Positions 1-9,760 are shown, numbered from the stretch's first letter. The stretch is DNA of 33,889 bases from Bacteroidetes bacterium GWA2_31_9b (GCA_001769005.1 MENE01000137.1:1-33889); one strand, 5' to 3'. A program made the numbers and translations. The notes: generated by a model not told the origin, from the letters alone.

Positions 1-1
1 T

Positions 2-556
2 ATGTACAGGGATGTAATTTTATCAACAAATGATTTCCCAATTAAAATGACTGCATGTACTCCTTGTTTCAGGCGCGAAGCAGGATCGTATGGAAAAGAT
101 GTTCGAGGATTAAACCGTTTGCATCAGTTTGATAAAGTTGAGATTGTTCAGATTCAGCATCCCGAAAAATCATATCAGGCACTTGAAGAAATGGTTAAGC
201 ATGTTGAAAGTCTTGTAAAATTATTAAAATTGCCATATCGTATTTTACAGTTATGTGGAGGAGATATGAGTTTTACTTCAGCACTAACGTATGATTTCGA
301 AGTGTATTCAGCTGCTCAGGATAAATGGTTAGAAGTAAGCTCTGTTTCAAACTTTGAATCTTATCAGGCAAACCGATTAAAATTAAGATTCAGAGACGAA
401 AATGATAAAAAAACAACATTAGCGCATACCTTAAATGGAAGTGCCCTAGCACTGCCTCGTATTTTAGCTGCTTTACTTGAGAACAATCAAACAAAAGAGG
501 GTATAATTATTCCTGAAGTTCTTAGAAGATTTACTGGTTTCGATATTATTGATTAA
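2..556 (+). CDS. serS: Seryl-tRNA synthetase, C-terminal fragment (5' end lies outside the window)
   Basis: The open frame runs from the window edge. Class II aaRS core motifs typical of SerRS are present (TPCFRREAGSYGKDVRGLNRLHQFDKVE, NGSALALPRILAALLENNQ). A hairpin terminator follows. Confidence 0.9.
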   Translation: MYRDVILSTNDFPIKMTACTPCFRREAGSYGKDVRGLNRLHQFDKVEIVQIQHPEKSYQALEEMVKHVESLVKLLKLPYRILQLCGGDMSFTSALTYDFEVYSAAQDKWLEVSSVSNFESYQANRLKLRFRDENDKKTTLAHTLNGSALALPRILAALLENNQTKEGIIIPEVLRRFTGFDIID

Positions 557-579
557 GAAATAAATTCATTAAAATTAAA

Positions 580-606
580 AGGGCGTTCATCGAACGCTCT
601 TTTTTG
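580..606 (+). terminator. Rho-independent terminator downstream of serS
   Basis: Stem 580-588 (AGGGCGTTC) pairs with 592-600 (GAACGCTCT, one G:U). The loop is ATC and TTTTTT follows. Confidence 0.6.
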
Positions 607-673
607 TTATCATGCAATTTTTAATATTTGAAATTTATTCGTATTATTCGTTTTATACATAAAATCTATAGCT

Positions 674-1198
674 ATGAAATTGTCTTTAATTTTCGTGAGT
701 TCAATTTTTTTATTGATTACATCGTGCACTAATAAAAAAGTTGAAACAAAAGAGCTGGACAAGCTTATTTCAATAACCGATAGTTTAATGAATAAAGTTA
801 CTATATCTAAAACACAGTTTCTCGATAGCATTTATTCTCTTTCGGGCAAAGAGCTTCAAAACACTATTTCTCAAGGTCGTATTAACTATAAGGATTCAAT
901 CTATTTCTATAATTTACTGACAAAAACCTCACGAAAGCTTAATGATATTTTTACATATTCTCACAAAGAAATTTTATTTTCTCAGGATGTTCTTGTTTCA
1001 TTAAAAGAAGAAATTATTGAAAATGGCGAGATTTCAGAATCAATTAAAAAGGACATTGAGAATGAAAAAGAAATATTAAAATTGTTGATTTCCAGAACAG
1101 ATTCAAGTATTATTTTAATGAATGAATCTATCGACGAGATTTATAAATTTTTAGGTGATACTTTTGCTCTTGTTACTCCAAAAGCTCAAGTAAAATGA
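674..1198 (+). CDS. Hypothetical lipoprotein
   Basis: N-terminal signal peptide with a lipobox-like LITSC. The rest is hydrophilic, helical and coiled-coil-like. The stop overlaps the next start (ATGA). No family recognised. Confidence 0.55.
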   Translation: MKLSLIFVSSIFLLITSCTNKKVETKELDKLISITDSLMNKVTISKTQFLDSIYSLSGKELQNTISQGRINYKDSIYFYNLLTKTSRKLNDIFTYSHKEILFSQDVLVSLKEEIIENGEISESIKKDIENEKEILKLLISRTDSSIILMNESIDEIYKFLGDTFALVTPKAQVK

Positions 1199-2091
1199 AA
1201 GATTTGAATAAATCATATCTTTTTGCAGGTTTAACAATTCTTTTTTGGGGAACTTCGGCTTCTGCATTTAAGATAGGATTAAAATATACCGATTATATAC
1301 AATTGTTGTTTTTTTCAATTTTTACTGCTGTTCTGATATTGTTTATTATTCTTATTTTTCAGAATAAGCTGCATTTACTAAAAAATCAAACAAAAACAGA
1401 TTATTTTAACTCTGCATTCATAGGATTTTTAAATCCCTTTTTATATTACACAGTTCTGTTTAAGGCATATTCATTGCTTCCTGCACAAATAGCACAACCC
1501 TTAAATTTTATATGGCCCATTACGCTTGTTCTCTTATCGATACCAATTCTTAAGCAATCATTAAAATTAAAAAGCTTCTTAGCACTATTAATAAGTTTTG
1601 CAGGAGTTTTCTTAATTTCATCCGAAGGACAGATATTTAATTTTAATCTTTCAAGTCCTTTGGGAGTTTTCTTAGCTTTAGGTAGCTCAATTGTTTGGTC
1701 GCTATTTTGGTTATTCAATATGAAAGATAAGCGCGACGAAGTTGTAAAATTGTTTTTAAATTTTTTCTTCGCACTTATATTTATTTCAATTTTAGCATTG
1801 TATCAGAATGCATTCGAAAGTTTTAGTAAAAATGGATTCTTAGCTTCAATTTATATTGGATTTTTTGAAATGGGCATAACTTTTGTGTTGTGGCTTAAAG
1901 CATTACAATTTGCAGGGAGAACCGATAAAATTAGCAATCTGGTTTATCTTACTCCTTTTTTTTCATTGTTATTTATTCATTTTGTTTTACACGAGAAAAT
2001 ATATTTAACAACTATATTTGGACTAATTTTAATTATTTTAGGAATATTAATTCAGAACAGAAAATCAAAATTTGAAAATGAAAACATTTAA
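1195..2091 (+). CDS. EamA/DMT-superfamily transporter
   Basis: About 10 hydrophobic helices arranged as two similar halves. Size is about 300 aa, which is the typical EamA duplication architecture. Confidence 0.7.
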   Translation: MKDLNKSYLFAGLTILFWGTSASAFKIGLKYTDYIQLLFFSIFTAVLILFIILIFQNKLHLLKNQTKTDYFNSAFIGFLNPFLYYTVLFKAYSLLPAQIAQPLNFIWPITLVLLSIPILKQSLKLKSFLALLISFAGVFLISSEGQIFNFNLSSPLGVFLALGSSIVWSLFWLFNMKDKRDEVVKLFLNFFFALIFISILALYQNAFESFSKNGFLASIYIGFFEMGITFVLWLKALQFAGRTDKISNLVYLTPFFSLLFIHFVLHEKIYLTTIFGLILIILGILIQNRKSKFENENI

Positions 2092-3358
2092 AACAAATTA
2101 TCTGATATTGATGATTATAATATCATCAGTACTTACTTTCAATTCATGTGAAAGAGAAAAAATTTTTCCTGAAGCCGATAACTCTGTAGAGGAACTATAC
2201 AATATAATGGATTATTATTATTTATGGAATGATTCTCTTCCTACTGTTGATGTTGAAGACTATTCAAAACCTGAAGATTTGCTTGAAGCATTGCGATATA
2301 CACCCCGTGATAAATGGAGTTATATAAGTACAAAGCAAGAAGAGAGTCAGTATTACGATGAGGGTACATATACAGGTCATGGATTTTCATATTCGGCCGA
2401 CATGGATGGTAAAATTCGAATTTCCTATTTATTTGAATCTTCAAGCTTAAATGATGCAGGTATTAAAAGAGGATGGATAATTAATAAAATAAACGGAACT
2501 CCAATTGATGAAAATTCTGATGTCAGCAGTTTATTAGGGGCTTCAACAATTGGTGTAACAAATAGCTTCGAATTTGAATCTCCTGCCGGAACAATATTAA
2601 ATCAATCGTTTAGTAAAGAACTAATTACAATCAATACTGTTCTTCATAAAAGTGTAATTACAGTTGACACCAAAAAAGTTGGATACCTAGTTTTTGAGAG
2701 TTTTATCAATCCGTCAATCGATGAACTTACTGATGCATTTATATATTTTAAAGCTGAAAATGTTACTGATTTAATTGTCGATTTAAGATATAATGGTGGA
2801 GGACTTATGAGTGTAGTTGAACATTTAGCATCGCTAATAATCCCTGACAGGTTAAATAATCAGTTGTTTCTTACTTATATTCATAATCACGATCTTACAT
2901 CAGAAAATTTCAGCTACAATTTTAAGTTAAGCTCATATTCGTTAGGTCTCGAAAAAGTTTATTTTATTGCAACAAATGGTTCAGCTTCTGCAAGCGAAGC
3001 TATTATTAATGGATTAGATCCATATCTTGATATTTTAATTATTGGTGATGATTCGTATGGTAAACCTGTAGGGATGTATTCTTTTGAAAGTAATGTGTCC
3101 GACTATGTTTATGTTCCAATTACTTTTAAAATTATCAATAGTGCTGGTTATGGAGAATATTATGATGGTTTAACAGCCGATGCATATGCTGATGATGATC
3201 TTACACACGATTTTGGTGATGTGAATGAAAGCTCTTTAGCCGAAGCATTATATCATATTCGAAATGGAAGTTTTAGCAGTAAAAAATCAAAATTAACAAT
3301 TAAAAGACAACCCAAAAAAGAAATAAGAACTCCAAAAGATGAGCTTGGTGCGTACTAA
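2072..3358 (+). CDS. S41-family (tail-specific / C-terminal processing-like) peptidase lipoprotein
   Basis: Signal peptide with lipobox LTFNSC. The S41 core is recognisable (DLRYNGGG, then NGSASASE around the nucleophile Ser, then a GKP segment). The start may be ATG 2072 or 2078. Confidence 0.7.
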   Translation: MKMKTFKTNYLILMIIISSVLTFNSCEREKIFPEADNSVEELYNIMDYYYLWNDSLPTVDVEDYSKPEDLLEALRYTPRDKWSYISTKQEESQYYDEGTYTGHGFSYSADMDGKIRISYLFESSSLNDAGIKRGWIINKINGTPIDENSDVSSLLGASTIGVTNSFEFESPAGTILNQSFSKELITINTVLHKSVITVDTKKVGYLVFESFINPSIDELTDAFIYFKAENVTDLIVDLRYNGGGLMSVVEHLASLIIPDRLNNQLFLTYIHNHDLTSENFSYNFKLSSYSLGLEKVYFIATNGSASASEAIINGLDPYLDILIIGDDSYGKPVGMYSFESNVSDYVYVPITFKIINSAGYGEYYDGLTADAYADDDLTHDFGDVNESSLAEALYHIRNGSFSSKKSKLTIKRQPKKEIRTPKDELGAY

Positions 3359-3923
3359 AAAAATAAACGAACGAATTATTTTAGGAATTGATCCGGGAAC
3401 TACTATAATGGGTTATGGATTAATTCAAACAAAAGGGAATGATGCTTCTCTTATTGTTCTTGGAGTTATTAATCTTCGTAAATTCGATGATCATTATCTA
3501 AAGCTCAAACATATTTTCGAAAGGATTACTGGCCTTATAGATCAATTTCATCCTGACGAGTTAGCTATTGAGGCTCCTTTCTTTGGAAAAAATGTACAAT
3601 CCATGCTAAAGCTCGGTAGGGCCCAGGGTGTTGCTATAGCTGCAGGCCTCTCTCGTTCACTTCCAATATTTGAATATGCTCCCAGAAAAATTAAAATGTC
3701 AATTACGGGACAGGGAAATGCTTCAAAAGAACAAGTTGCTTTATTGTTAAAGAGCTTATTGAAAATTAAAGAATTACCTTCTGATTTGGATGCTACGGAT
3801 GGATTAGCAGCTGCAATGTGTCATTTTTATCAGACAAATAAACCTGTAAGTACAGGCGATTTTAAAAGCTGGAAAGATTTTATAAATAAAAACCCGGGAC
3901 GAATAAAAAAAATAACCGGTTAG
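3339..3923 (+). CDS. ruvC: Crossover junction endodeoxyribonuclease RuvC
   Basis: [17 protein letters not shown]-terminal catalytic Asp motif, an internal [12 protein letters not shown] motif, and a C-terminal [12 protein letters not shown] motif. Length is about 190 aa. Confidence 0.9.
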   Translation: MSLVRTKKINERIILGIDPGTTIMGYGLIQTKGNDASLIVLGVINLRKFDDHYLKLKHIFERITGLIDQFHPDELAIEAPFFGKNVQSMLKLGRAQGVAIAAGLSRSLPIFEYAPRKIKMSITGQGNASKEQVALLLKSLLKIKELPSDLDATDGLAAAMCHFYQTNKPVSTGDFKSWKDFINKNPGRIKKITG

Positions 3924-3941
3924 TTAACCGGTTATTTTTTT
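3904..3941. terminator. Bidirectional terminator between convergent ruvC and the tonB-like gene
   Basis: ATAACCGG (3912-3919) pairs with CCGGTTAT (3928-3935). An A-run lies upstream and a T-run downstream, so a T-tail follows the hairpin on both strands. Confidence 0.55.
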
Positions 3942-3959
3942 ATATTTTGATTTAATTTA

Positions 3960-4643
3960 TTATTGCAATTGGAATAAAATTGGAATAGTAAATGATACTT
4001 TTACAGGTCTACCTCTTTGTTTCCCAGGAACCCATTTTGGTGAAGATTTCACAACACGAATAGCTTCTTTGTCTAATGCAGGGTCAACACCACGAACTAC
4101 CTGAACATTCGCTATTGAACCGTCTTTATCAACTACAAAACTTATGTAAACTCTACCACTAATTCCATTTTCCTGTGCGATAACTGGATATTTTGAATTT
4201 GCTTGACAAAAGTTTCTGAATGATTCAATACCTTGTCCTTGAAATGTAGGCATGTCTTCAACTACTAAGAATATTTGTTGCTCATCAACAACTTCTTCTT
4301 CTTCTTCAAACTCTACAATTTGAACTTGTGTAGCCTCATCAGATTCAGTATCGTCGAGCAATAATTCGTCATTTATCTCTACGTCATCCTGAACGATATT
4401 AATAACTTCAGTATTTTGAACTGGAGGTGGAGGTGGAGGTGGCTCATTTAATTGTCTTGTAATTGGAATTATTTCTTCTTCAAGATCCATATTATCAAGC
4501 TTACCCAAATCACCTAAATCTGCAGGCCTAGATGTCCATTCGAAAGCTAGTAATACTGCACCAAGTGCTATTACAAACCCAATTTGATGAAACAACCCTT
4601 TTTTGTTCTCCAAATTTGCTTTATCTGTTTTTTTTATTTCCAT
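3960..4643 (-). CDS. Energy transducer TonB-family protein
   Basis: N-terminal membrane anchor, a proline run (EPPPPPPPV), an acidic linker, and a C-terminal TonB domain (YPVIAQENGISGRVYISFVVDKDGSI...PGKQRGRPVKV). Confidence 0.85.
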   Translation of the reverse strand: MEIKKTDKANLENKKGLFHQIGFVIALGAVLLAFEWTSRPADLGDLGKLDNMDLEEEIIPITRQLNEPPPPPPPVQNTEVINIVQDDVEINDELLLDDTESDEATQVQIVEFEEEEEVVDEQQIFLVVEDMPTFQGQGIESFRNFCQANSKYPVIAQENGISGRVYISFVVDKDGSIANVQVVRGVDPALDKEAIRVVKSSPKWVPGKQRGRPVKVSFTIPILFQLQ

Positions 4644-4908
4644 ATAGTCTGTTTTTTGAGAGCCTAAAAATAATCATTATTAAACTGTTTTTCAAAATTT
4701 TTTTTAATTTTTTTTTATTTTTTTTAATTTTTAACTTCTAAAATTTTTTTACGATATTTAATAAGTTTAGTTTCAATATTTCATAAATAAATTCAGTTAT
4801 TCCGGATACATTTTGAACGTAATATTTATCTAATTATTTTATTAAACCAGATAATAATAAATTCCATTTCTAAAAAAAATGATGTATTTTCGCTAAGATT
4901 TATAATAT

Positions 4909-4982
4909 GGGGCATTAGCTCAGTTGGCTAGAGCGTTTGACTGGCAGTCAAGAGGTCGACGGTTCGATTCCGTTATGCTCCA
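4909..4982 (+). tRNA. tRNA-Ala (anticodon GGC)
   Basis: A manual cloverleaf fold works. Acceptor GGGGCAT/ATGCTCC carries the G3:U70 Ala identity pair. The anticodon loop is CTGGCAG, the T-arm is GACGG-TTCGATT-CCGTT, and the discriminator is A. CCA is not encoded. Confidence 0.9.
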
Positions 4983-5005
4983 CTAAAATATTGCAAATTG
5001 AAAAG

Positions 5006-5030
5006 GAATGATTTAATGTCATTCGTTTTT
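5006..5030 (+). terminator. Weak hairpin/T-run after tRNA-Ala (also follows the convergent M28 peptidase gene)
   Basis: GAATGA (5006-5011) pairs with TCATTC (5019-5024), then GTTTTT. The stem is only 6 bp. Confidence 0.35.
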
Positions 5031-5041
5031 GGTCAACAATC

Positions 5042-6688
5042 TTAATTAATAAACTGTTTTTCTCTAAATTCTGAACCTTCTTTCCATTTTGGAAAAATAC
5101 TATCATTAGCAAGCTCATAACCAACTCTGAAAAGAATTTTTGCATCATCTGCTATCCCGGAAAAATCCCAAATAGTTGAATCGTATTGATCTGTAGGCTT
5201 ATGATAAAAATTCGTAAGCCATTCTTTCTCCATTTTTGCAGCCCACTCTTTACCATGTTCTCTGCTGTCACAATTTCCTCTTGCAAATAATGCTGGAACA
5301 CCAACTTGGGCAAAACTAAAATGATCTGCTCTGTAATACATTCCTGTATGAGCATTTGGATCGCTTATTATATATCTATCATATTCGGGAGCTATATTTT
5401 CTAAATAATCATCCAGTTCAGATTGTCCGTAACCGGTTATCATAATATCTTTATATCTTCCGTAGGGAAGCATAAGATCATTGTTGATATTAGCTACAGT
5501 TTTATTTAATGGATATATAGGATGTTCTGCATAATATTTCGATCCTAATAAACCTTGTTCTTCTGATGAAGGCGAAAAAATAAGTATTGAACGTGATGGA
5601 CGGGTTTTTAAATTTGAAAAAGCTTCTGCAATTTCAAGCATCCATGCAGTACTTGTACCATTATCAACTGCTCCATTGTAAATAGAATCACCATTTAATG
5701 ATGGACCAATTCCTAAATGATCCCAATGTGATGAGTAAACAATTATTTCATCTGCACGATCAGTTCCAGGTAAAATTCCTAATACATTTTGTGAAGAAGC
5801 AAATCGGTGAATAGAATGCATTGAAAAATTAAGTTGTGCATTTAAGAGAAATGGTTTAAATCCTTTAATTTTTGCTTTTTCTTTAATTTCAGTAAAATCA
5901 AGTCCTGCTAATGAAAAAAGTTTTTTTGCAGCATCCAAAGTAATCCATCCTTCTACTGCACACATCGACATATAATTATCTTCTGGCTGAAGATATAATT
6001 TTGGAATGGTTGCTCCATTTAAAACAACTCCCCATGGATAACCGGCTGGTTCAGTTTCGTGAATAATTAAAATTCCTTTTGCACCCTGACGTGCAGCTTC
6101 TTCATATTTATATGTCCAACGTCCGTAATAGGTCATAGCATTGCCCTTAAAAAAATCATCCTGATTTGTTCCAAAACTTGGATCATTTACAAAAACAACT
6201 ACAGTTTTTCCTTTTACATCAATACCTTCATAATCATTCCAATCATATTCTGGTGCAACAATTCCATATCCTGCAAAAACGATTTCAGAGTTTTCAAGTG
6301 AAATCTCGTTCACAAGCTGCTTTGAAAATGCTACAAAATCAGTTTTATATGATAATTCCAATGTGTTTTTATTTAAATTGATAATCATTTTATCGTCAGG
6401 GGAATCAGTAATTTCGACCATTGGTACTTTTTGCAAATAACTTCCGTTATTTACAGGCTCAAGACCAATTCGTTCGTATTCACGAATTAAGAAATTTATT
6501 GCACTGTCTTCGCCTGCTGTAAAAGGTTTTCTACCTTGAAAAGCATCAGAACTAAATTCTTTTACAATGCGAACCATATCGTCGGGTTGAATTGTTTGTT
6601 CAGCTTGTTGATAATCATTTAATTGAGTACATGAAATACCATTTAAGAATAAAAAAGCTAAAAGTAGGTTTTTTGAATGTTTTTTCAT
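5042..6688 (-). CDS. M28-family aminopeptidase lipoprotein with an inserted PA domain
   Basis: Signal peptide with lipobox (NGISC). There is a PA-like insert (VFAGYGI...YEGIDVKGKTVVVF). M28 metal-ligand context is present (SSHWDHLG, AVDNGTS, EEQGLLGS, ADHFSF). Confidence 0.8.
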   Translation of the reverse strand: MKKHSKNLLLAFLFLNGISCTQLNDYQQAEQTIQPDDMVRIVKEFSSDAFQGRKPFTAGEDSAINFLIREYERIGLEPVNNGSYLQKVPMVEITDSPDDKMIINLNKNTLELSYKTDFVAFSKQLVNEISLENSEIVFAGYGIVAPEYDWNDYEGIDVKGKTVVVFVNDPSFGTNQDDFFKGNAMTYYGRWTYKYEEAARQGAKGILIIHETEPAGYPWGVVLNGATIPKLYLQPEDNYMSMCAVEGWITLDAAKKLFSLAGLDFTEIKEKAKIKGFKPFLLNAQLNFSMHSIHRFASSQNVLGILPGTDRADEIIVYSSHWDHLGIGPSLNGDSIYNGAVDNGTSTAWMLEIAEAFSNLKTRPSRSILIFSPSSEEQGLLGSKYYAEHPIYPLNKTVANINNDLMLPYGRYKDIMITGYGQSELDDYLENIAPEYDRYIISDPNAHTGMYYRADHFSFAQVGVPALFARGNCDSREHGKEWAAKMEKEWLTNFYHKPTDQYDSTIWDFSGIADDAKILFRVGYELANDSIFPKWKEGSEFREKQFIN

Positions 6689-6795
6689 ATCTGGGGACTA
6701 TTTTTATAATATTGAGCTTCGAAAATAAGTTAATTATTTTGATTTATTAAAATAGACATATTTTTTATTAATTTTAACATTCTAAATCATGAAAT

Positions 6796-8409
6796 ATGAA
6801 AAAAATGAGTATTGGTTTTTACAGTTTGTTATTATCTGTTCAGGTATTTGCAAATCAAAACATTCAGATAATAACTTCGGAAATTAAAGAAGTAACTGTT
6901 TTTCAGCAAGGAGCTCAGATAAACAGAAAAGGAGCAGTTATGCTGAATGATGGAGTTACAGAAATTGTATTTACTGATCTCCCTCAAAATATCGATCAGC
7001 GAAGCATTCAGGTTAGCGGAACTGGTAATTTTTCAATCCTGTCAGTAAATTATCAGATAAATTATTTAAAAACACAAATTGAAGCCAAAGATGTTAAAAT
7101 ATTAACTGATAGTTTAAAATTATTGGAATTTAAAAAAAATGAAATTGAAAACAATATTGAGATTTGCCAACAGGAGGAAGTCGTATTGATGGCTAATAAA
7201 GTAATTGGTGGCACACAGAATGGTGTAAATGTTGAAACACTAAAAACGGCAATGAATTATTTTCTATCCAAATTAAATGAAATAAAAACGAAAGAGTTAA
7301 AACAGAATGTTGAACTAAGAATTATTGATGAAAAAATAACACGTTTACAAAATCAGTTAAATAGTGTACGATCAATAAAAAAAGATCCCATATCCGAAAT
7401 CATTGTTAAAGTGAATGCTGCTTCCAAAACAAATGCAAAAATAAATTTACGTTATGTAATTTATAATGCAGGGTGGTATCCGGAATATGATATTCGTGCT
7501 ATAAATATTAATGAGCCGGTAAATCTTATTTATAAAGCAAAAGTTTTTCAAAGTAGCGGAGAGGAATGGAATAATGTAAAACTAACCATATCTACAGGAA
7601 ATCCTCAGATTAGTGGTGAGAAACCAATAATCTATCCATGGTATGTTAATTTTAAAGAATATTTTGAATATAAAGTTTATGATGAAGTAATTACAGCAAA
7701 AGGAATTAAAAGAGAAGAACCTGCTACAGCAAAAAATGAAATTGTTGACTATGATTTAGAAGAGGAAGTAGCAGAATTTAATTCTTTCACTCAATCTACT
7801 AATCAAACCAATGTTGAATTTAACATTGACATTCCGTATTCAATACCATCAACTGGTAAGGAATATACTGTTCAGATAAATGAATATAAACTGGATGCTT
7901 CTTTTACTTATTATGCAGCACCTAAACTAAATACCGATGCTTTTTTGCTTGCAAAAATTACAGGTTGGGCCGAATATAATCTTTTAGCCGGACAAGCAAA
8001 TATTTTCTTCGAAGGTACTTTTGTAGGAAATTCTACTATCGATCCAAGTATTACCAGAGATACACTCGACCTTTCGCTTGGTCGCGACCAGTCTATTGTT
8101 ATTACACGAACAAAAATTAAGGATTTCGAAAGTAAAAAAGTACTGGGTATAAATAAAAAAGAAACTTATGGTTGGGAAATCTCTGTTCGCAACAATAAAA
8201 ATTCAGCTATTTCACTAATTCTTGAAGATCAATTTCCAATTTCTTCAAATAAAGACATTGAAGTTGAACAAATTGAAAAATCAAATGCTAAGCTCAATGA
8301 AACAACCGGTAGGTTAACCTGGGATTTGAAATTAAATTCACTTGAAGCGAAAAATATTCAGGTTAAATATTCAATTAAATATCCCAAGGATAAAATATTA
8401 AATATGTAA
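6796..8409 (+). CDS. DUF4139-domain protein (DUF4140/DUF4139, TIGR02231-like)
   Basis: Signal peptide, a central coiled coil, and a C-terminal region that resembles DUF4139 proteins as I remember them (YYAAPKLNTDAFLLAKITGW...LLAGQANIFFEGTFVGNSTI...LSLGRDQSIVITR). Confidence 0.7.
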   Translation: MKKMSIGFYSLLLSVQVFANQNIQIITSEIKEVTVFQQGAQINRKGAVMLNDGVTEIVFTDLPQNIDQRSIQVSGTGNFSILSVNYQINYLKTQIEAKDVKILTDSLKLLEFKKNEIENNIEICQQEEVVLMANKVIGGTQNGVNVETLKTAMNYFLSKLNEIKTKELKQNVELRIIDEKITRLQNQLNSVRSIKKDPISEIIVKVNAASKTNAKINLRYVIYNAGWYPEYDIRAININEPVNLIYKAKVFQSSGEEWNNVKLTISTGNPQISGEKPIIYPWYVNFKEYFEYKVYDEVITAKGIKREEPATAKNEIVDYDLEEEVAEFNSFTQSTNQTNVEFNIDIPYSIPSTGKEYTVQINEYKLDASFTYYAAPKLNTDAFLLAKITGWAEYNLLAGQANIFFEGTFVGNSTIDPSITRDTLDLSLGRDQSIVITRTKIKDFESKKVLGINKKETYGWEISVRNNKNSAISLILEDQFPISSNKDIEVEQIEKSNAKLNETTGRLTWDLKLNSLEAKNIQVKYSIKYPKDKILNM

Positions 8410-8585
8410 CGTGAATTAGATGTAAGGATCAACTTAACCAATTATATAACACTATTTTGAAATTAAAGATGATTGGGAAAATGGAATAATGGAATAATGT
8501 AATAAAATAGGTAGAGGTGACTTCCCCATTTTTGCATCATTCCAATATTCCAGTTCTACAATAAATTTCTTTATAGTTTTATTTT

Positions 8586-9675
8586 TTATTGTCCGGCAAA
8601 CTCCATTAAAAAAGCCTTTATAAATCCATCGATGTTTCCATCAAGGACATCTTGCACGTTCCCAGTTTCAAAGCCTGTGCGAACATCTTTTGCTAATTTA
8701 TACGGATGAAGAACATAATTACGAATTTGCGATCCCCATTCAATTTTTTTCTTTGCACCTTCAATTATCGCTCTTTCGTCCTGTTGTTTACGAAGTTCAA
8801 TTTCGTACAACTGCGACTTCAATAGTTTTAAAGCATTTTCTTTGTTATTTAACTGGGATCGTGTTTCCTGGTTTTCAATAACAATTCCTGAAGGTATATG
8901 TCTTAAACGAACAGCCGTTTCTACTTTATTTACATTTTGCCCACCTGCTCCACTCGAACGGTAGGTTTCAAATTCAATATCTGCAGGATTAATAACAATT
9001 TCAATGGTATCATCTATTACAGGAGAAACATATACAGATGCAAACGATGTATGTCTTTTACCATTTGAATCAAAAGGAGATATACGAACCAACCGGTGTA
9101 CTCCATTTTCACCTCTTAAATATCCATAAGCATATTCTCCCTCAAATTCAAGTGTTACAGTATTAATACCAGCTTCGTCACCTGCCTGATAATAAACTTC
9201 TCTTACTTTGTAATTGTTTCGTTCTCCCCAACGAATGTACATACGCATAAGCATTTCAGCCCAATCATGACTTTCGGTTCCACCTGCTCCAGGGTTAATT
9301 TGTAAATACGCTCCAAGTTTATCTTCCTCCTTACGTAACATATTTTTTAACTCGAGATTTTCAACAATGGCGATTACCGATTTGTATTGATTCTCAACTT
9401 CAGATTCTTCAATTTCTCCATCTTTATAGAAGTCAATGGCTAGTTTTAACTCATTTATTTGAGTTTCAATTATTTTAAATGCAGTTGTCCATTCTTTTAA
9501 ACTGGCAATATATTTTAATTGTTTTTCGGCTTCAGATGGGTCGTTCCAGAAGTTGGGAGCTTGCGTTTTTTGTTCTTCTTCGTCAATGCGAATTAACTTA
9601 TTTTCGATGTCAAAGATGCCTCCTAAGCGCATCTTTTCGCTTTTCAAGATCTTTAAATTGTTCGGTTAAAATCAT
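8586..9675 (-). CDS. prfB: Peptide chain release factor 2, expressed through a programmed +1 frameshift: join(9675..9613, 9611..8586) on the minus strand
   Basis: SPF tripeptide (RISPFDS) and GGQ ([10 protein letters not shown]) are present. A 21-codon leader ORF ([21 protein letters not shown]) ends in CTT TGA C. The main frame continues +1 as DIENK... Confidence 0.92.
9609..9624 (-). promoter_or_regulatory. RF2 autoregulatory +1 frameshift site
   Basis: The minus strand reads AGGAGG CAT CTT TGA C. This is an SD-like element 3 nt upstream of the slippery CTT plus in-frame TGA-C, as in the E. coli prfB site. Confidence 0.9.
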
Positions 9676-9693
9676 TTATTCTTTTTTGAAAAA

Positions 9694-9724
9694 CAAAAGT
9701 AGCAAATATGCAATCATTGTCAAA
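9694..9724 (-). promoter_or_regulatory. Bacteroidota-type promoter for prfB
   Basis: The minus strand reads TTTG (9724-9721), a 19-nt spacer, then TACTTTTG (9701-9694). This matches the TTTG / TAnnTTTG consensus about 20 nt upstream of the ATG at 9675. Confidence 0.45.
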
Positions 9725-9733
9725 AAAGAATAT

Positions 9734-9760
9734 ATAAAAAAAGGAACCCGAAAGTTCCTT
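9734..9760 (-). terminator. Rho-independent terminator after the 9785-10375 lipoprotein gene
   Basis: AAGGAAC (9741-9747) pairs with GTTCCTT (9754-9760). On the minus strand the hairpin is followed by TTTTTTT. Confidence 0.55.

Noticed and set aside
4532-4741. A 69-aa plus-strand ORF rich in Phe/Leu/Ile.
   Set aside because: It is generated by translating the phased T-tracts and the antisense of the tonB-like 5' end. It is pure low complexity.
4948-5148. A 66-aa minus-strand ORF overlapping the 3' half of tRNA-Ala and the end of the M28 peptidase gene.
   Set aside because: It overlaps a well-folded tRNA and a supported CDS, so it is an artefact of an AT-rich open frame.
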